This document shows, in pieces, positions 13,870 through 26,391 of a stretch of DNA of 64,000 nt. The notes beneath the pieces were generated by a model. It was not told where the DNA came from. It did not search any database and saw nothing but the letters and a program-made list of their open reading frames with translations. Position 1 is the first letter of the stretch. Every line of letters begins with the position of its first letter. The position numbers were made by a program, and so were the translations under genes. The DNA comes from Lama glama (lineage: Eukaryota). The stretch covers positions 22,136,001 to 22,200,000 of the forward strand of contig CM052832.1 in NCBI GenBank assembly GCA_028534125.1. Reading direction: 5' to 3'.

Positions 13870-15300
13870 GCAGGTTAATTCTTTCAGTTTTTTTTTTCAA
13901 TCTGAAAATTATTTTACCCTCAGTTAAGAAAGATAGTTTTTTACTTTTCAGGGGGTGGGGAGATACATAATTTTAGATTGACAGTAATTTTTGTCAGCAT
14001 TTATTTTTCTACTGTCTTCTGGATTTTCTCATGGTTGTTGAGAAGTCTGCTGTCCACACAGCTTTAATTCCTTTATCTCTGTCTCTTATCTCTGGACGCT
14101 TTCCCCTCTTCTTTAAACATTTTTAAAAAATGAAGTCAGGTTTAACAAGGTATAATAACAGATAATAAAATTCACCATCATGTTTTAAGATTCACCCATG
14201 TTGTGTAGGTTTATAATCTGTTCCTTTTTATTGCTAAATAATACTGTATTGTACAGATGCTCTACAAGTTTATCTGTTCACCCACTGAAAGACATTTAGA
14301 CTATCTCCAGTTTTTGATGGTTGTGCATAGAGCTGCTATAAGTATTTGTATACAAGGCTTTTGGGGCTATGTATTTTTATTTCTTTTGAGTAAATAACTA
14401 GGAATGAGATTGTTGGGTCTTGTGACGAGTGCATGTTTAACTGTATTAGAAACTGCCAAACTGCTTTCTAAAGTGGCTTTACCATTTTGCATTCCCTCCA
14501 GCAGTATGAATGCTTTTTAGATCTTTTGTATCTTTGGTTTTCTGAAGTTTTAATACACTGTGTCCAGGTGTATTTTCGTGTCTCCCAAATTTGAACATTT
14601 ATTCCTGTTATCAGTTATAGGAAATTTGCTGTCATGTCAAGATGGCAATCTTTCTTACTCTCTTCTTCAGAACTCTCATTACATGGATCTTTGGCTCTCT
14701 CACTCTAAAAATACGTGTCTCTGAGCCTTTCTTTCACACTTGTCACCTGCTTTTTTCCCTGTACTACATGATGGGTGATTTCTTCAGATCTATCTGCCAG
14801 TTCACTGATTGTCTTTTTGGCTATCATTTATCTGCTTCTTACGTATTCACTCAGTTTCTTTTTTCAATAATTACTCTTTCCTATTCTAGAATGTCTATCT
14901 GGTTTCTTCTCAGCTCTGCCCAGGTATGTCTAACTGTACTTATTCCTTGCATGTTTCAAAATTCCAACTTTGATGTCAAACATTGTGTATAGTTATTTTA
15001 TGCTCTAATAATATAACAGCTTATAATTCCAACCTCTGAAGCCACTGGGGACTCTACATCTTTTATTTGTTGTTTCTGCAACTCTAGTTTGTGGGGTCTC
15101 CTTCCTAGTGTTTCCTGCATTTTGATTGAGGACTTAATCTGTGGGAAGCCTGAGATGGGGATGTTTTTCTCCGAAGAGAATTTACCTTTGTTTAGTTTGG
15201 CCCTGGGTGGCTAATACCCTGGGACCACTTTAATTTAATTTCTCTTGAGATTTAGCTCTTGCACAAATATTTAAATTCAAAGCCCAGATCCACAGGTAGA
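13870..15300 (-). mobile_element. Older L1 ORF1-region remnant with a nested L1 3' piece (~14120-14510)
   Basis: GTTGTTGAGAAGTCTGCTGTC is an ORF1 antisense motif. The nested piece has AGAAACTGCCAAACTGCTTTCTAAAGTGGC. Confidence 0.6.
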
Positions 15301-16234
15301 TAAACCTAGTCATGCAATTTCTTACAGGAGTTTGTTTTTTCCCTTTTCCTTGGTTGTGATAGATTTTTCTTGTTGACTCTTTGCTAAACCCAGAGAGTGT
15401 TTCCTCTGGTCTACCCTTTCATGGAAAGCAAGACCCTTTCAAGGTCCCAGATTTCTGTGGGGGGGGGTTGAGTCCCAGGAGCAGAACCCCCCAAGCTACC
15501 TTTGAGAGACAATGGCCTAGATCCTGTTCCCCAGGCAGCTGGCTTGTGACCCTCTAAGCTTTACATTTCTGGAATTAGCATTGTCCTCAAGAGGTCTGTA
15601 TTCATATATCACTCTGGTTTTAGAAACCTGTGTATTTTATTTTCTGGGATAGGGTGCCATGGGGACTTCTTTTACTTTTCACAACTTAGCAATGCATTTG
15701 AAAAGTATTTTTTGGTAATTAATCCAGTGTTTGGGTGTTTTTAGTGAGATGATTTTAGAATAGCTAGACAGCTATACTGTTATAAACAGCAATGCTACAA
15801 TTTATTCATACACTTAATTATTGGGTATTTATGGTATTTCAATTTTATTTGTCTTAATACTATTATAAACATTATTGGTCTGGTCTTCTTGTGCAAATAT
15901 TTGTAAGATTTCTCCATGTTATATGATTAAGAGCCAGATTGCTAGAGCACAGGGATGTCATGTTCAGCTTTATGAGAGATTTCTTGTGACACATTATCAG
16001 GCACAAGTAATGAATTTCTGTTGCTGGACATTGTTGCCAGTACTTGGCACCATCAAACTAATTTTTGCCTATCTGATGAGTGGAAAATGTCATCTACCTA
16101 TTGTGTAAATTGGCATCTGCCTGATTACCAATAATTTTTTCATGTTTATTTGTTATTTGGAACTCCCTTTTTGGGTATTGACAATTTATATCCCTTCCTC
16201 ATTTTATACGTAGCTTTCGTTTTCCTCACTTATT

Positions 16235-16562
16235 TATTTTTTAATTAATTTTATTGAAGTATAGTCAGTTACAATGTGTCGATTTCTGATGTACAGCATA
16301 ATGTTTCATTCATACGTATACATACATATATTCCTTTTCATATTCTTTTTCATTATACGTTACTACAAGATACTGAGTAGACAGAAGAAATTTGTTTTTT
16401 ATCTATTTTATATATAGTATTAATATTTGCAAATCTCAAATTCCCAATTTATCCCTTCCCACCCTCTTCCCCACCCCCCTGTAACCATAGTTTGCTTACT
16501 ATGTCTGTGGGTTTGTTTCTGTTTTGTAGATAAGTTCATTAGTGTCTTCTTTTTTCTTTTTT
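16235..16562 (-). mobile_element. Young L1 3' end inside an older L1 remnant
   Basis: TTTATTGAAGTATAGTCAGTTACAATGTGTC...AGTTCATTAGTGTCTTC. Confidence 0.85.
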
Positions 16563-16747
16563 CTTATTGATTTATTAGACATCTTTATAAATCCATTTTC
16601 AGTTATATTGTAAATACCTTTTCCCCTTCTATGTCATGCCACTTTGTTTAATACACCCAAGATATTAACCAAGCTTTTCTTTAATGGTTTATGCTTTTGA
16701 ATTTTATATGGACATCTTTCTAACCCTGAAATAAAAAATTCTCTTCT

Positions 16748-16855
16748 TATGCTGTACACCAGAAATTGACACGACTTTGTAAACTGACTATACTACAATT
16801 TAAAAAAGACTTACCAAAAAACCAAAAAGACAAAACAAAACAAAACAAAACAAAA
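16748..16855 (+). mobile_element. Very short young L1 3' end with a (CAAAA)n tail
   Basis: TATGCTGTACACCAGAAATTGACACGACTTTGTAAACTGACTATAC followed by an A-rich tail. Confidence 0.8.
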
Positions 16856-17329
16856 GCATTCTCCCATATTCTCTTAACACCTATCTTGGGTACTGACTGC
16901 TATGAAGATCTTAGATCTAGGAGATCTGTGATTTAAATTCTCCTCCTCTTCCCCAAGTTTATATTAAGTAAGGAGAGGTCCTTTTACCTGGGGTATGGGA
17001 AGAGGTGTCAGGATGGCTGGTAAATTTAACCTATAGGCCACTTGTCACCTAGAAAACTACTCTGAGTCTCAGCTTAAAACCCTCTCCTCTGTGAAGCCTT
17101 TACCAGCCTCCCCAGCAGAATTCAATTTGACATACATTTATTGAGCATCTTTTAAATACCTGGCCCTTTCCTAGGAGCTTAGGACAGAGTTGAATAGCAT
17201 TTATATTTCATTAGAGAACTTACATTTCAGCCAGATAGAGGCACAAATTCTTCTGTGGTTCCACTGTGTGCTGTGAACCTCCATCACAGTAACCATTGTC
17301 TAATTCACTAACCATTAGACTAATTCACG

Positions 17330-18030
17330 CATGATTTTCTTCTCCATCAGCCAATCCTGTTGGCTCTACCTTCAAAATACAAACCCAAGTCTGATGACTT
17401 TTCAAGATCTTCAAAATGACTTCAAAGGCATAATCTCCTGCCTGGAGTGTGTAATAGCCTCCAGCGAATCTCCTCGCTTCTGCTCTGCCACCCCCGTGGG
17501 TCTCTTCTCAACACAACAGCCACGGGGATTCTGCTGAAATGTAACTCGGCTCCCGTGGTGCTTCTGCTCAGAGCCCTCCAGCGGCCCCCACCTCGCACAG
17601 TGGAGAACCCCCCCCCATCCCCGCCCTCAGGACCTGCCTGCTCCTCTTCTCCCTTCCCTCTCGTGTTCCTGTGACCCCAGCCACACCACTCCTACAGCTT
17701 CTACAGCATTCCAAGCACTCTCTGGCCTCAGGGCCTCTGAATTTGTGGTTTCCTTGGGCTGAGCCTTCCTACCCTGGTGTCCTATATCCGCATGGCTTGG
17801 CCCCCTCACTTCTACTGTGCCTCTGCCCAAATAGCATGTTTTCAGTAGGACTTGCTTTGACCAAAAAGGAAATTAAAAATACAATTAAAGTAATACAGAT
17901 AAAACAAACAAGAAAAATAGCACATAAAGCCCTACTCTCTTTCTCCCTTAACCTCGTTAATTTTTCTCCCCAGCACTTAACATTTGTGTTATTGATGCCC
18001 AATATATATTTACTGAGTAAATTAATGTGT
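17330..18030 (+). mobile_element. L2 remnant
   Basis: CCATCAGCCAATCCTGTTGGCTCTACCTTCAAAATA and GCCTCAGGGCCTCTGAATTTG are L2 3'-region motifs. Confidence 0.7.
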
Positions 18031-18379
18031 CCTTGTAGGAAAGAAGGAATAGCAGGTCTCGGCATGGGTGGGACAGCATAAAAACACTGGTTCTATTAGA
18101 AAAAGAGTAGGTACAAAGTGAGGAAGAGGTCATAAAAAAAGAGGGCAGATGAATTTCTTGTGTTTGTCAGTTTTACTCAGAGCCCTTGGGGCAGCTGAGC
18201 CCCTTGGCACTGGCCTCCTCTGTTGTCTTGGACATTAGTTTCCCCTGAATGTTCAGAAGGTGGCTCTCAATTGACTTCTTGATTGACAGCTTACTTAAGC
18301 TATTAAAAGAGATCTTCTCTTGCATCACCCAGGAAATAGAATCACTTTTCAGATTGCTTTGGTGAGTGGGCTTGTCCTC

Positions 18380-18879
18380 NNNNNNNNNNNNNNNNNNNNN
18401 NNNNNNNNNNNNNNNNNNNNNNNNNNNNNNNNNNNNNNNNNNNNNNNNNNNNNNNNNNNNNNNNNNNNNNNNNNNNNNNNNNNNNNNNNNNNNNNNNNNN
18501 NNNNNNNNNNNNNNNNNNNNNNNNNNNNNNNNNNNNNNNNNNNNNNNNNNNNNNNNNNNNNNNNNNNNNNNNNNNNNNNNNNNNNNNNNNNNNNNNNNNN
18601 NNNNNNNNNNNNNNNNNNNNNNNNNNNNNNNNNNNNNNNNNNNNNNNNNNNNNNNNNNNNNNNNNNNNNNNNNNNNNNNNNNNNNNNNNNNNNNNNNNNN
18701 NNNNNNNNNNNNNNNNNNNNNNNNNNNNNNNNNNNNNNNNNNNNNNNNNNNNNNNNNNNNNNNNNNNNNNNNNNNNNNNNNNNNNNNNNNNNNNNNNNNN
18801 NNNNNNNNNNNNNNNNNNNNNNNNNNNNNNNNNNNNNNNNNNNNNNNNNNNNNNNNNNNNNNNNNNNNNNNNNNNNNNN
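18380..18879. other. Assembly gap (500 N)
   Basis: Run of N. Confidence 1.
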
Positions 18880-19646
18880 ATGTCATTCTAAGTGAAGTAA
18901 GCCAGAAAGAGAAAGAAAAATACCATATGAGATCGCTCATATGTGGAATAAAAAAAATACATAGATACAAAACAGAAACAGACTCATAGACATAGAATAC
19001 AAACTTGTGGTTGCCAAAGGGTTGGGGGATGGGAAAGGATAGAGTGAGATTTCAAAATGTAGAATAGATAAACAAGATTATACTGTATAGCACAGGGAAA
19101 TATGTACAAGATCTTATGGTAGCTCACAGAGAAAAAAATGTGACAATGAATATATATATGTTCATGTATACTGAAAAATTGTGCTGTACACTGGAATTTG
19201 ACACAACATTGTAAAATGATTATAAATCAATAAAAAATGTTAAGAAAAGAAGTTGTAGTATATTTATACAATGGAATACTATTCAGCCATAAAAATAAAA
19301 TAATGCCATTTGCAGCAACATGGATGAATCTGGAGATCATCATTCTAAGGGAAGTCAACCAGAAAGAGAATGAAAAATACCATACGGTATCTCTTATATG
19401 TGAAATTAAAAAAAAAAAAAGACACAAATGAACTTATTTACAAAATAGAACCAGACTCACAGACATAGAAAACAAACTTATGATTACCAGGGGGAAAAGG
19501 GAGTGGGAAGGGATAAACTGAGAGTTCATGATTTACAGATACTAACTACTATATATAAAAATAGATAAACAACAAATTTCTACTGGGAACTATATTCAAT
19601 ATCTTCTAATAACCTATAATGAAAAGGAATATGTGTGTTTATATAT

Positions 19647-19691
<45 letters not shown>

Positions 19692-19771
19692 AAACTGAGA
19701 CACTATGCTATACACCAAAAATCGACGCAGCATTGTAAACTGACTAGACTTCAATAAAATAAATAAATAAA
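18880..19771 (+). mobile_element. Two head-to-tail L1 3' ends (18880-~19245 and ~19246-19771)
   Basis: Each contains CATTCTAAG(T/G)GAAGT(A/C)A(G/A)CCAGAAAGAGA and ends in a CAATAAAA tail. A (TA)n tract lies at ~19641-19690. Confidence 0.9.
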
Positions 19772-20634
19772 GAGACCTGGTCCATGTCAGGAAAAGACTT
19801 CTGTTGGTTTATCATGTACAAAGCCATCCAAAAAAAGTCAGAACCAAATGAGATGGCTGGAATCCAAGATTTAGCTCTTAGTTCAAAACTACAGGAAGAA
19901 GTAATACAAATGAGTTAAATCTCAACTCTTCTTGGTTCTTGTCTTTGACTCAGCAATTTAAACTTTCCAGTTCTTCAGTCTTTGTGTATATGTTTAGAGA
20001 CAGTGTGGTCTACTAGAGTAGAAACTGAGGGAGGGAAGAGCTGCTTATCTGTTAATCAGCTGTACTGCAGGCAAAACATGTAGTCATATTGTGACTCACA
20101 CATGGTAAAGGTGAAATAGTTAAATAACAAAACTCCAGGGTGTAGCCAATTTATAACCCCACCGTCGTAACCAGAGACTATCAATCAGAGAGGGACAGAC
20201 TCCTAGGAAGAAAATTTCCAGCCTATGCTTTACCTATACATTACTCATTTTCAGCTTAAAGACAAGGATTAAATCTTTTCATCACTGGAAAGAGAAATCA
20301 TCCAAATTTTCGAGCACTTTCACATTTTTTTTTTCGATTTGTGCGATGGCAATTAAAATGGGAATATCTAGAAAGACGGCAATATGAGATGGCAATATAA
20401 ATATTATACACGTGTGCCTGAAAGCGAAACTTGGAGAACTGTAGGCATAAATGACCAAAACCTCCTGTGCACGGATCAGAATGTAGCAGAATGTAGATGG
20501 GGTGGTGTGGACAGATGCGAATCAGCACAGGAGGTGGACTCGAGCGGCATGTGGTCCACGTGGGATTCAGAAGCACCTCCGCAGCTGAACGAGAAGCAGG
20601 GCGGGATGACGGGGGTGCAGCATGAGAGAAGAGT

Positions 20635-21100
20635 CTTCAGCCAGGGCACTTTGAGCAGCAAGTGACAGAAAACCACCGCAAAGTAGGTTAAGCCAGAAGA
20701 GTGATTTATCTGAAGAACACAGAGGTAGCTCAAAGGATCATCAGCAGGACCTAGAGCCCTTCTGGGGTCACAAGGACTGGAACCAGGAACCCCGATGTTG
20801 TTAGCACTCTCTCTCACTCTTCTTTCTCTCTTACTTGTTATGCTTAAGCTTCCTTCTCTGTTAATAGAGATGGACATTCTCTGCCCAGCAGGGAAAGTGC
20901 CCTTCAGCAACTGTCAAAATCACATCCTGACGGATTTGCAGCCAGAGGCGTCTGTTCATCTCGAATTTCTGTTGGAAAGGTCCTAGGGAAGGACCTGGAC
21001 TGTCCACCTCTTGGACCATGGGACTCTGCCGTGACTGGGGGCGGGCTCTGTGGACCCGGCCTGGGTCATGTTCCATTCTTTGGGCCAGAGTGGGCAGCTT
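20635..21100. mobile_element. Ancient MaLR LTR remnant (MLT1J/K-like)
   Basis: GCAAGTGACAGAAAACC and CCTGGGTCATGTTCCA are motifs typical of old MLT1 LTRs. Confidence 0.5.
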
Positions 21101-23049
21101 CTGTGCTGGGTGGTGACTTAGCACAGGTATGGTCTCTGGCACGTTTGTTTGGGTGGGACAGCCCTTACAGTGGGCTCCTGAGAGTCACCACCTTGGTCAT
21201 TTCTAGCACCCCTCAGAGGAGGATAGCTGGATGGTTGCTGTAAGAGCCCCACCCTGGGGGGACGTGTGAATACGTGTCATCAAACTGACTAGATTCCAGT
21301 AGCTACTCCCTCCACCACTTACTGGCCAAGCGATCTTTCTGTGTATCAGGTTCCTTGTTTATAAACTGAGAATAATAATAGCACCAACTCTGTGGGATTC
21401 TAAATAGGACTGAATGACATGCTATATGTAAAACCCTTTGAACAAGCCTCGAATAGGAAAGCTTAGTGGTCACAGTCATTCAGAATAAAACCAAAAAGAC
21501 AACCCACTATATAAGGACACTTTTCACGATATGGTCCATGCCCTTTACAGACCATGAGGTCTGTGGAGTTACTTTCCATTGGGCATCGTTTGCTCACTAG
21601 AGCCATCCAGACTCTCCCTGTAGGATGCTCAGTGGGGCTCGGAGGCTGTCCTGTGTCTTTCTGGGCCTCCACCCAGAGCAAGTGTCGTTCTCATTTTATG
21701 ACCCCCCAAAAGTTTATTTTTCAAACAAATGGTTAGAGATCCAGCAGAGCCAGCAGTGGTGGAATCAGTGATGGTGGCCAGGGCTCAAGGTGAGGAATGT
21801 CACCAGCAGGGGAATGTCTACGGTACTAGCTATGCCTGTGTGCCTGCAGCCAGGAGGTAAATGCCAGCGTGGTGTTGTACCAACAAGGCAAGGCGATTAG
21901 CAGCCAAGAGAGGCTACAGAGCGAGTAAAAGCAACATGGTACCTGAGGGCCAAGGAGAGCAGCTTGATCAATACCTGGCATTCGTAAAAGGACTTCCCTG
22001 GGGGCCATGTGCTCCTCTGGAAGTGGGGAAACAAGGGAGGCTCTGTCCCCTTCTCTCAAAGACTTGAGATTGGGCTATGGACCTTTGTCACTGTAAAGGC
22101 AATTATCCTTTTAGGGTTGGGTTTCATCTGCATGGTGAGTGAACTTATATTCTCTTCAGAACATTCTCTTACCACTACACTGACCAAACCAGTAAGACAA
22201 TGGAATTTAGTAGCTATTCCAAGTCATTCGTTAACTATACAAAGCCCCAATAATATGGTGATGAAGCCAAGAAGGTGAAAAATATCCTGTCCTCTTCTGA
22301 CAGAGACTTTCAAAACATCTGGATTCATGGTAATTGGCAGTTTACAGCGATGCTGGTCCCCAAACTGCTGTTAGGACCAGAGCACAGGCAAGATCCTTTG
22401 ATAATGAGGTTCCCTGGCAGCTAAGCCCAAACCACACAACGGAGTTCTGTACCGTGTCAGGCTGCGTTTAACAAGGCTTTGGTGCCTACTTGGTATTTTT
22501 ATGATTTGTAGAACAGCAAGGCAAGTGAGCGTGGCACCCAAGGTAGTTACTGTAGTAATCACCAGTACAAGCTTCGAGATTTACTGAGCTCTTTTTTTTT
22601 TTTAGATTTAAAGATGAATAAACATTTAGATAGTGTTGTCTCTAAAACAAACCAAAATACAGAAAGTTCATTAACTTGCTCACTACTCCGATCTCACAAA
22701 GTCCTTCTGTGATGACGATTAGGGAAAAGGTGTCTAGAAATTTAAATAAAATGAGCAGCTGTCACTGGAAGTTTCTTGAAACCATAATCCGAGCTGACAC
22801 CTTCATTTTTCTTTACACTGAAATCTATAGTCTGTCTTCTGGTGTTGCCTTGAATTACTGACGTTAAGTTAAAAATTGCTTCAGGATATAGAACATAACA
22901 ATCTCTTTAACAGAATGAAAAATTGATATGTATCAAAGAAATAATCCTTCACTAGTGACCAAATTCAAATCACTCTCGTCATCATAAATGCAGTAAGTAA
23001 CCAAGCTTAGACTGAAATGTGTGGTGTCCTCACCCCACTTCCAACATCT

Positions 23050-23300
23050 GCAGGGCCCAGGCAAGAGTACATGTGGGGGTGCACATAGCATAGGTGTAAA
23101 AGTCATAAACTAAGCCAACAACTTGCTAAACAAAGTATGTTCTATCCTCCTGTCTTGATGGATGTATTTTCATGATCAGAAGTCAAGGTAAGTTCAGAAT
23201 TCTTCGACCACTTGGTGTTGTGTGTCTGCAGCACTCAGCCCACCCCTCTTCTCTCCTCATCACCAGCTCCATCCTGTACTGTGAGGGCCTTGTGGTACAT
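23050..23300 (+). mobile_element. MER115/Zaphod-like hAT-Tip100 remnant (may extend further right)
   Basis: GGCCCAGGCAAGAGTACA...TATGTTCTATCCTCCTGTCTTGA resembles the recalled MER115 consensus. Confidence 0.5.
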
Positions 23301-24879
23301 GGCACACGTGGACACCCTCGTCTTGCATCCAAGTTCTGTCTACCTCCTACCACCTCCCCAACAGCCGTCCGTGGCTACCTGTTGTGCTAGGAGTGCGTGT
23401 TCTAGATGTTTTCTGTCTGCCCTTGGGCCAGACCTGGAGAAGAGACCAATGCAGACCCTGGAGGAGGCCTCAGGGTCATTTGGGAAGGGAATTCCAAGGT
23501 CTTGGATACCTGAAGCATGATCTAGAGAGAGGTCGTAAGCTCCAGAGTGATGTGTCCTTTTGGCCATGAACGGAGCAAGTGGGCAGAGAAGAGCAGGACT
23601 GAGCTCTGAAACGTGGGGTCCAGGGCAGCAGCCTGTCCTGCCCACATCCTACCATGGCTACCAGCTCACTTCCTGGCACCTAAGTGCTGAAACCACCCCA
23701 TTCCTATTTAACAGTGTCTTGCTTATTTCCCTAAAATAATTGCTTTTATAAGCTTCTGGACAAACACTAGGAGAATAGGCCAGGAGAAGGAAAAGCAGCT
23801 TCCAGATATTACTGGAAGTTTGAGTTGCAGAGAGGCTGTTGAAAGCAGGGAACTGAAACCATCCTCTTACCCTCGAGGATGCTTCTTCAAACGTGGCAGA
23901 CTCTCTGAACAAGCAAATGCATCGGCTCCTCACGTCACCCAGTCCCCCTCCCCAACGATGCCCGTGCTGCATGCTCTCTGTCATCGCTCCCCTTTCAAAG
24001 GACACCAGCAGGGCGAGTTGTGCTGGGCCACCTTCACCCCTCTCTGGTGGTCATCTCCTAGCTCTTGCCATCTGGATCATCCCATGTGGCATCACTGATT
24101 TCTTTGTGGGTCAAGACCTGAGCTGGTATGTGCTTTTTCTCCCACGGAGTTCAATCCATCTTCCTCTGCTTATCTCCTGTTGAGTGACTCATCTAGGGGT
24201 GGAGGGGGAAAGCCGGCCACACTTGAAAAAATGCGCCTTTGGATCCTGGTGATTTAATTGCTCTGTACCTCACATTTGATTTTTTACTATTTCAACCAAT
24301 GTGATCAGAGAGATGAGAATAAAGTTATGTGTTGACATTTCCTCATTGCACATTGGGAACCAGAAAATGAAAAGAAGAATGACCTTTTTTTCTGGTGGGG
24401 GTCATCTCCTTTTCACCTGAACTGTGTTCCTTAGCTCATTTCCTGCCAGGGTAATTTCAGGTTCAACCTGTTTTTGAAAGTTGTGAATCATATCAGTGAC
24501 TCAAAGCCAATTTGGGGAGGAAAAAAAAAAAGCTAATCTATCTGTTTATAAAGAATCAAGCCTGGTAGAGAAATGAATGATTATTCCTGGAACTTTTGGC
24601 AAACACCCACCAAAGCATTATTCATTCCTTCATTCAGCAAAAATATGTTGAAGCAAAAATACTCTCAATGGATGGTGTCATATATAAAGGCAGTTAAATA
24701 CTCTTCTGAAAGATGCATAGGTTTTTTTTTTTAAGCTGGTTTCTTATTTTTCTCATGAGGGAAACAAAATTTAGAAGTAGTAGTTACTATAAATTTGTCA
24801 ACTGTGATATTGTTTTGAAAAAGAGACAACCCAGACATACTGTGATAATGAGTTGATACATTAAACATTTGTTTTCTAA

Positions 24880-25290
24880 ATCGCAGAGCTGGGAGAGGCT
24901 TCAAATATCACGCATACCACTTTTCCATTTCACTAATGAGTAAACCGAGTCCCAGAGAGGGTGAATGACTTCCTGGGGGTTGCACAGCTGGTCAGCCTGT
25001 GGCAGAGCCAGATCCGGAGCCTGGACCTTCCATCTTTCCAAAGCAAGCACCCTCTCCAGGCACCTTCACGTATAGTTACTGTTTCTTTACTGTGAGAGCA
25101 AGGCATAGCTCTCTCCTGCTCTATTACTTGATATTCAGATACTGTTGCAAGGTAGGTATTACTCTCCTTGCTTTAGAGACAGGGAAGGCAAGTCTAAGAG
25201 AAAAATGTCATTTAATCAGTGGTTTCCTGACTGGCTAGTGGCAGAGTTAGGATTAGAAAAGGCAAGAATCCGATCCCCAAGGTCACATTC
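24880..25290 (-). mobile_element. Two MIR remnants
   Basis: CCATTTCACTAATGAGTAAACCGAGTCCCAGAGAGGGTGAATGACTT and a second degenerate core at ~25150-25290. Confidence 0.6.
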
Positions 25291-26230
25291 TTCCCAAACT
25301 TGAGCACCACTTAACCTGCACGATGCAGCCAGGGAGCATGTTCTTACTGTTTGGCATCTTTTCTTATGTAACCAAGACTGAATGGGGATGAATGAGATGC
25401 TGTCCCCAAACTGACATGTTTGTTTATTTGGTCATTCATTCTTTTGTTCATTATTCTCTGGGTAAAGCTCTGAGTTAGGTGCTATGGAAGAGAAAAGGAA
25501 TGGGTAACAAGCAGGCCCATCCCTTGCGATAGCCAATGTCTGCAAGGGACTATAGGACTCGTTCACAAATAGCGTTAGTACTAGGTGGAATGGAATAACG
25601 AATTAAAAGTGGTGGGAAGTCTTACAGGACTTCCCGTCTGGGAGGAAAAGAAGATACTTCTGTATGGTTGAGAAGGTTTAAGGACTTCTCAGGGAAGGAT
25701 ATCTTGGGAAGATTATGAGTTGTTTTGCTCTTTGAAAACAGTTCCTCTCGATGAGGAAAGAGGGAGGTTTCCTTCCAGAAGAACAGGTATAAAGACTTCA
25801 TCAAAGAGTAATTTGAATTAAGGAACTTAAGGGGAAGGTGAGGAAGTCTGGATTTTCCATATGGGTCCTTGGAAAATAACAAAAAAGCTTCTAAACTTCT
25901 AGACAGCTGAGTCTTCTAGAATGTAAAAATCTAGATGCTAACTAAAATATAGGTAATGACTAAAAATACATAATTTATGACATTTGCTGGGCTCTTGCTC
26001 TGAGTTATGTAAATTTGAATGAATTGGTACGTAAGTAAACTTTCCAATTTTGATGGAAATAAGTAAAAAGTCAGTTGAATAGAAAGAGAGTCACTTGGGC
26101 AAGAAACAATCAGTTATTTTTGGAGGGATTTTTGTGATTCTAAGTGGCTAGTCTATGAGGGCAATAAAATATAAAATCAAATACCTTCACTTGTGAAATT
26201 ATACAAGCTTTTCATGATCCCTTTGGGCAT

Positions 26231-26391
26231 TTTATTTTATTTTTTGTTGTTGTTTTGGGGGGAGGAGATAATTAGATTTTTATTTAGTTATTTATCTTCT
26301 TTTTTTTTCTTAATGGAAGTACTGGGGACTGAACCCAGGACCTTGTGCGTGCTAGGCATGCGCTCTACCACTAAGCTATTCCCTCTCCACC
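26231..26391 (-). mobile_element. tRNA-derived SINE (Vic-1-like, long-tail variant)
   Basis: GAACCCAGGACCTTGTGCGTGCTAGGCATGCGCTCTACCACTAAGCTAT plus the extra tail segment GGGGGGAGGAGATAATTAG and a T-rich end. Confidence 0.85.
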
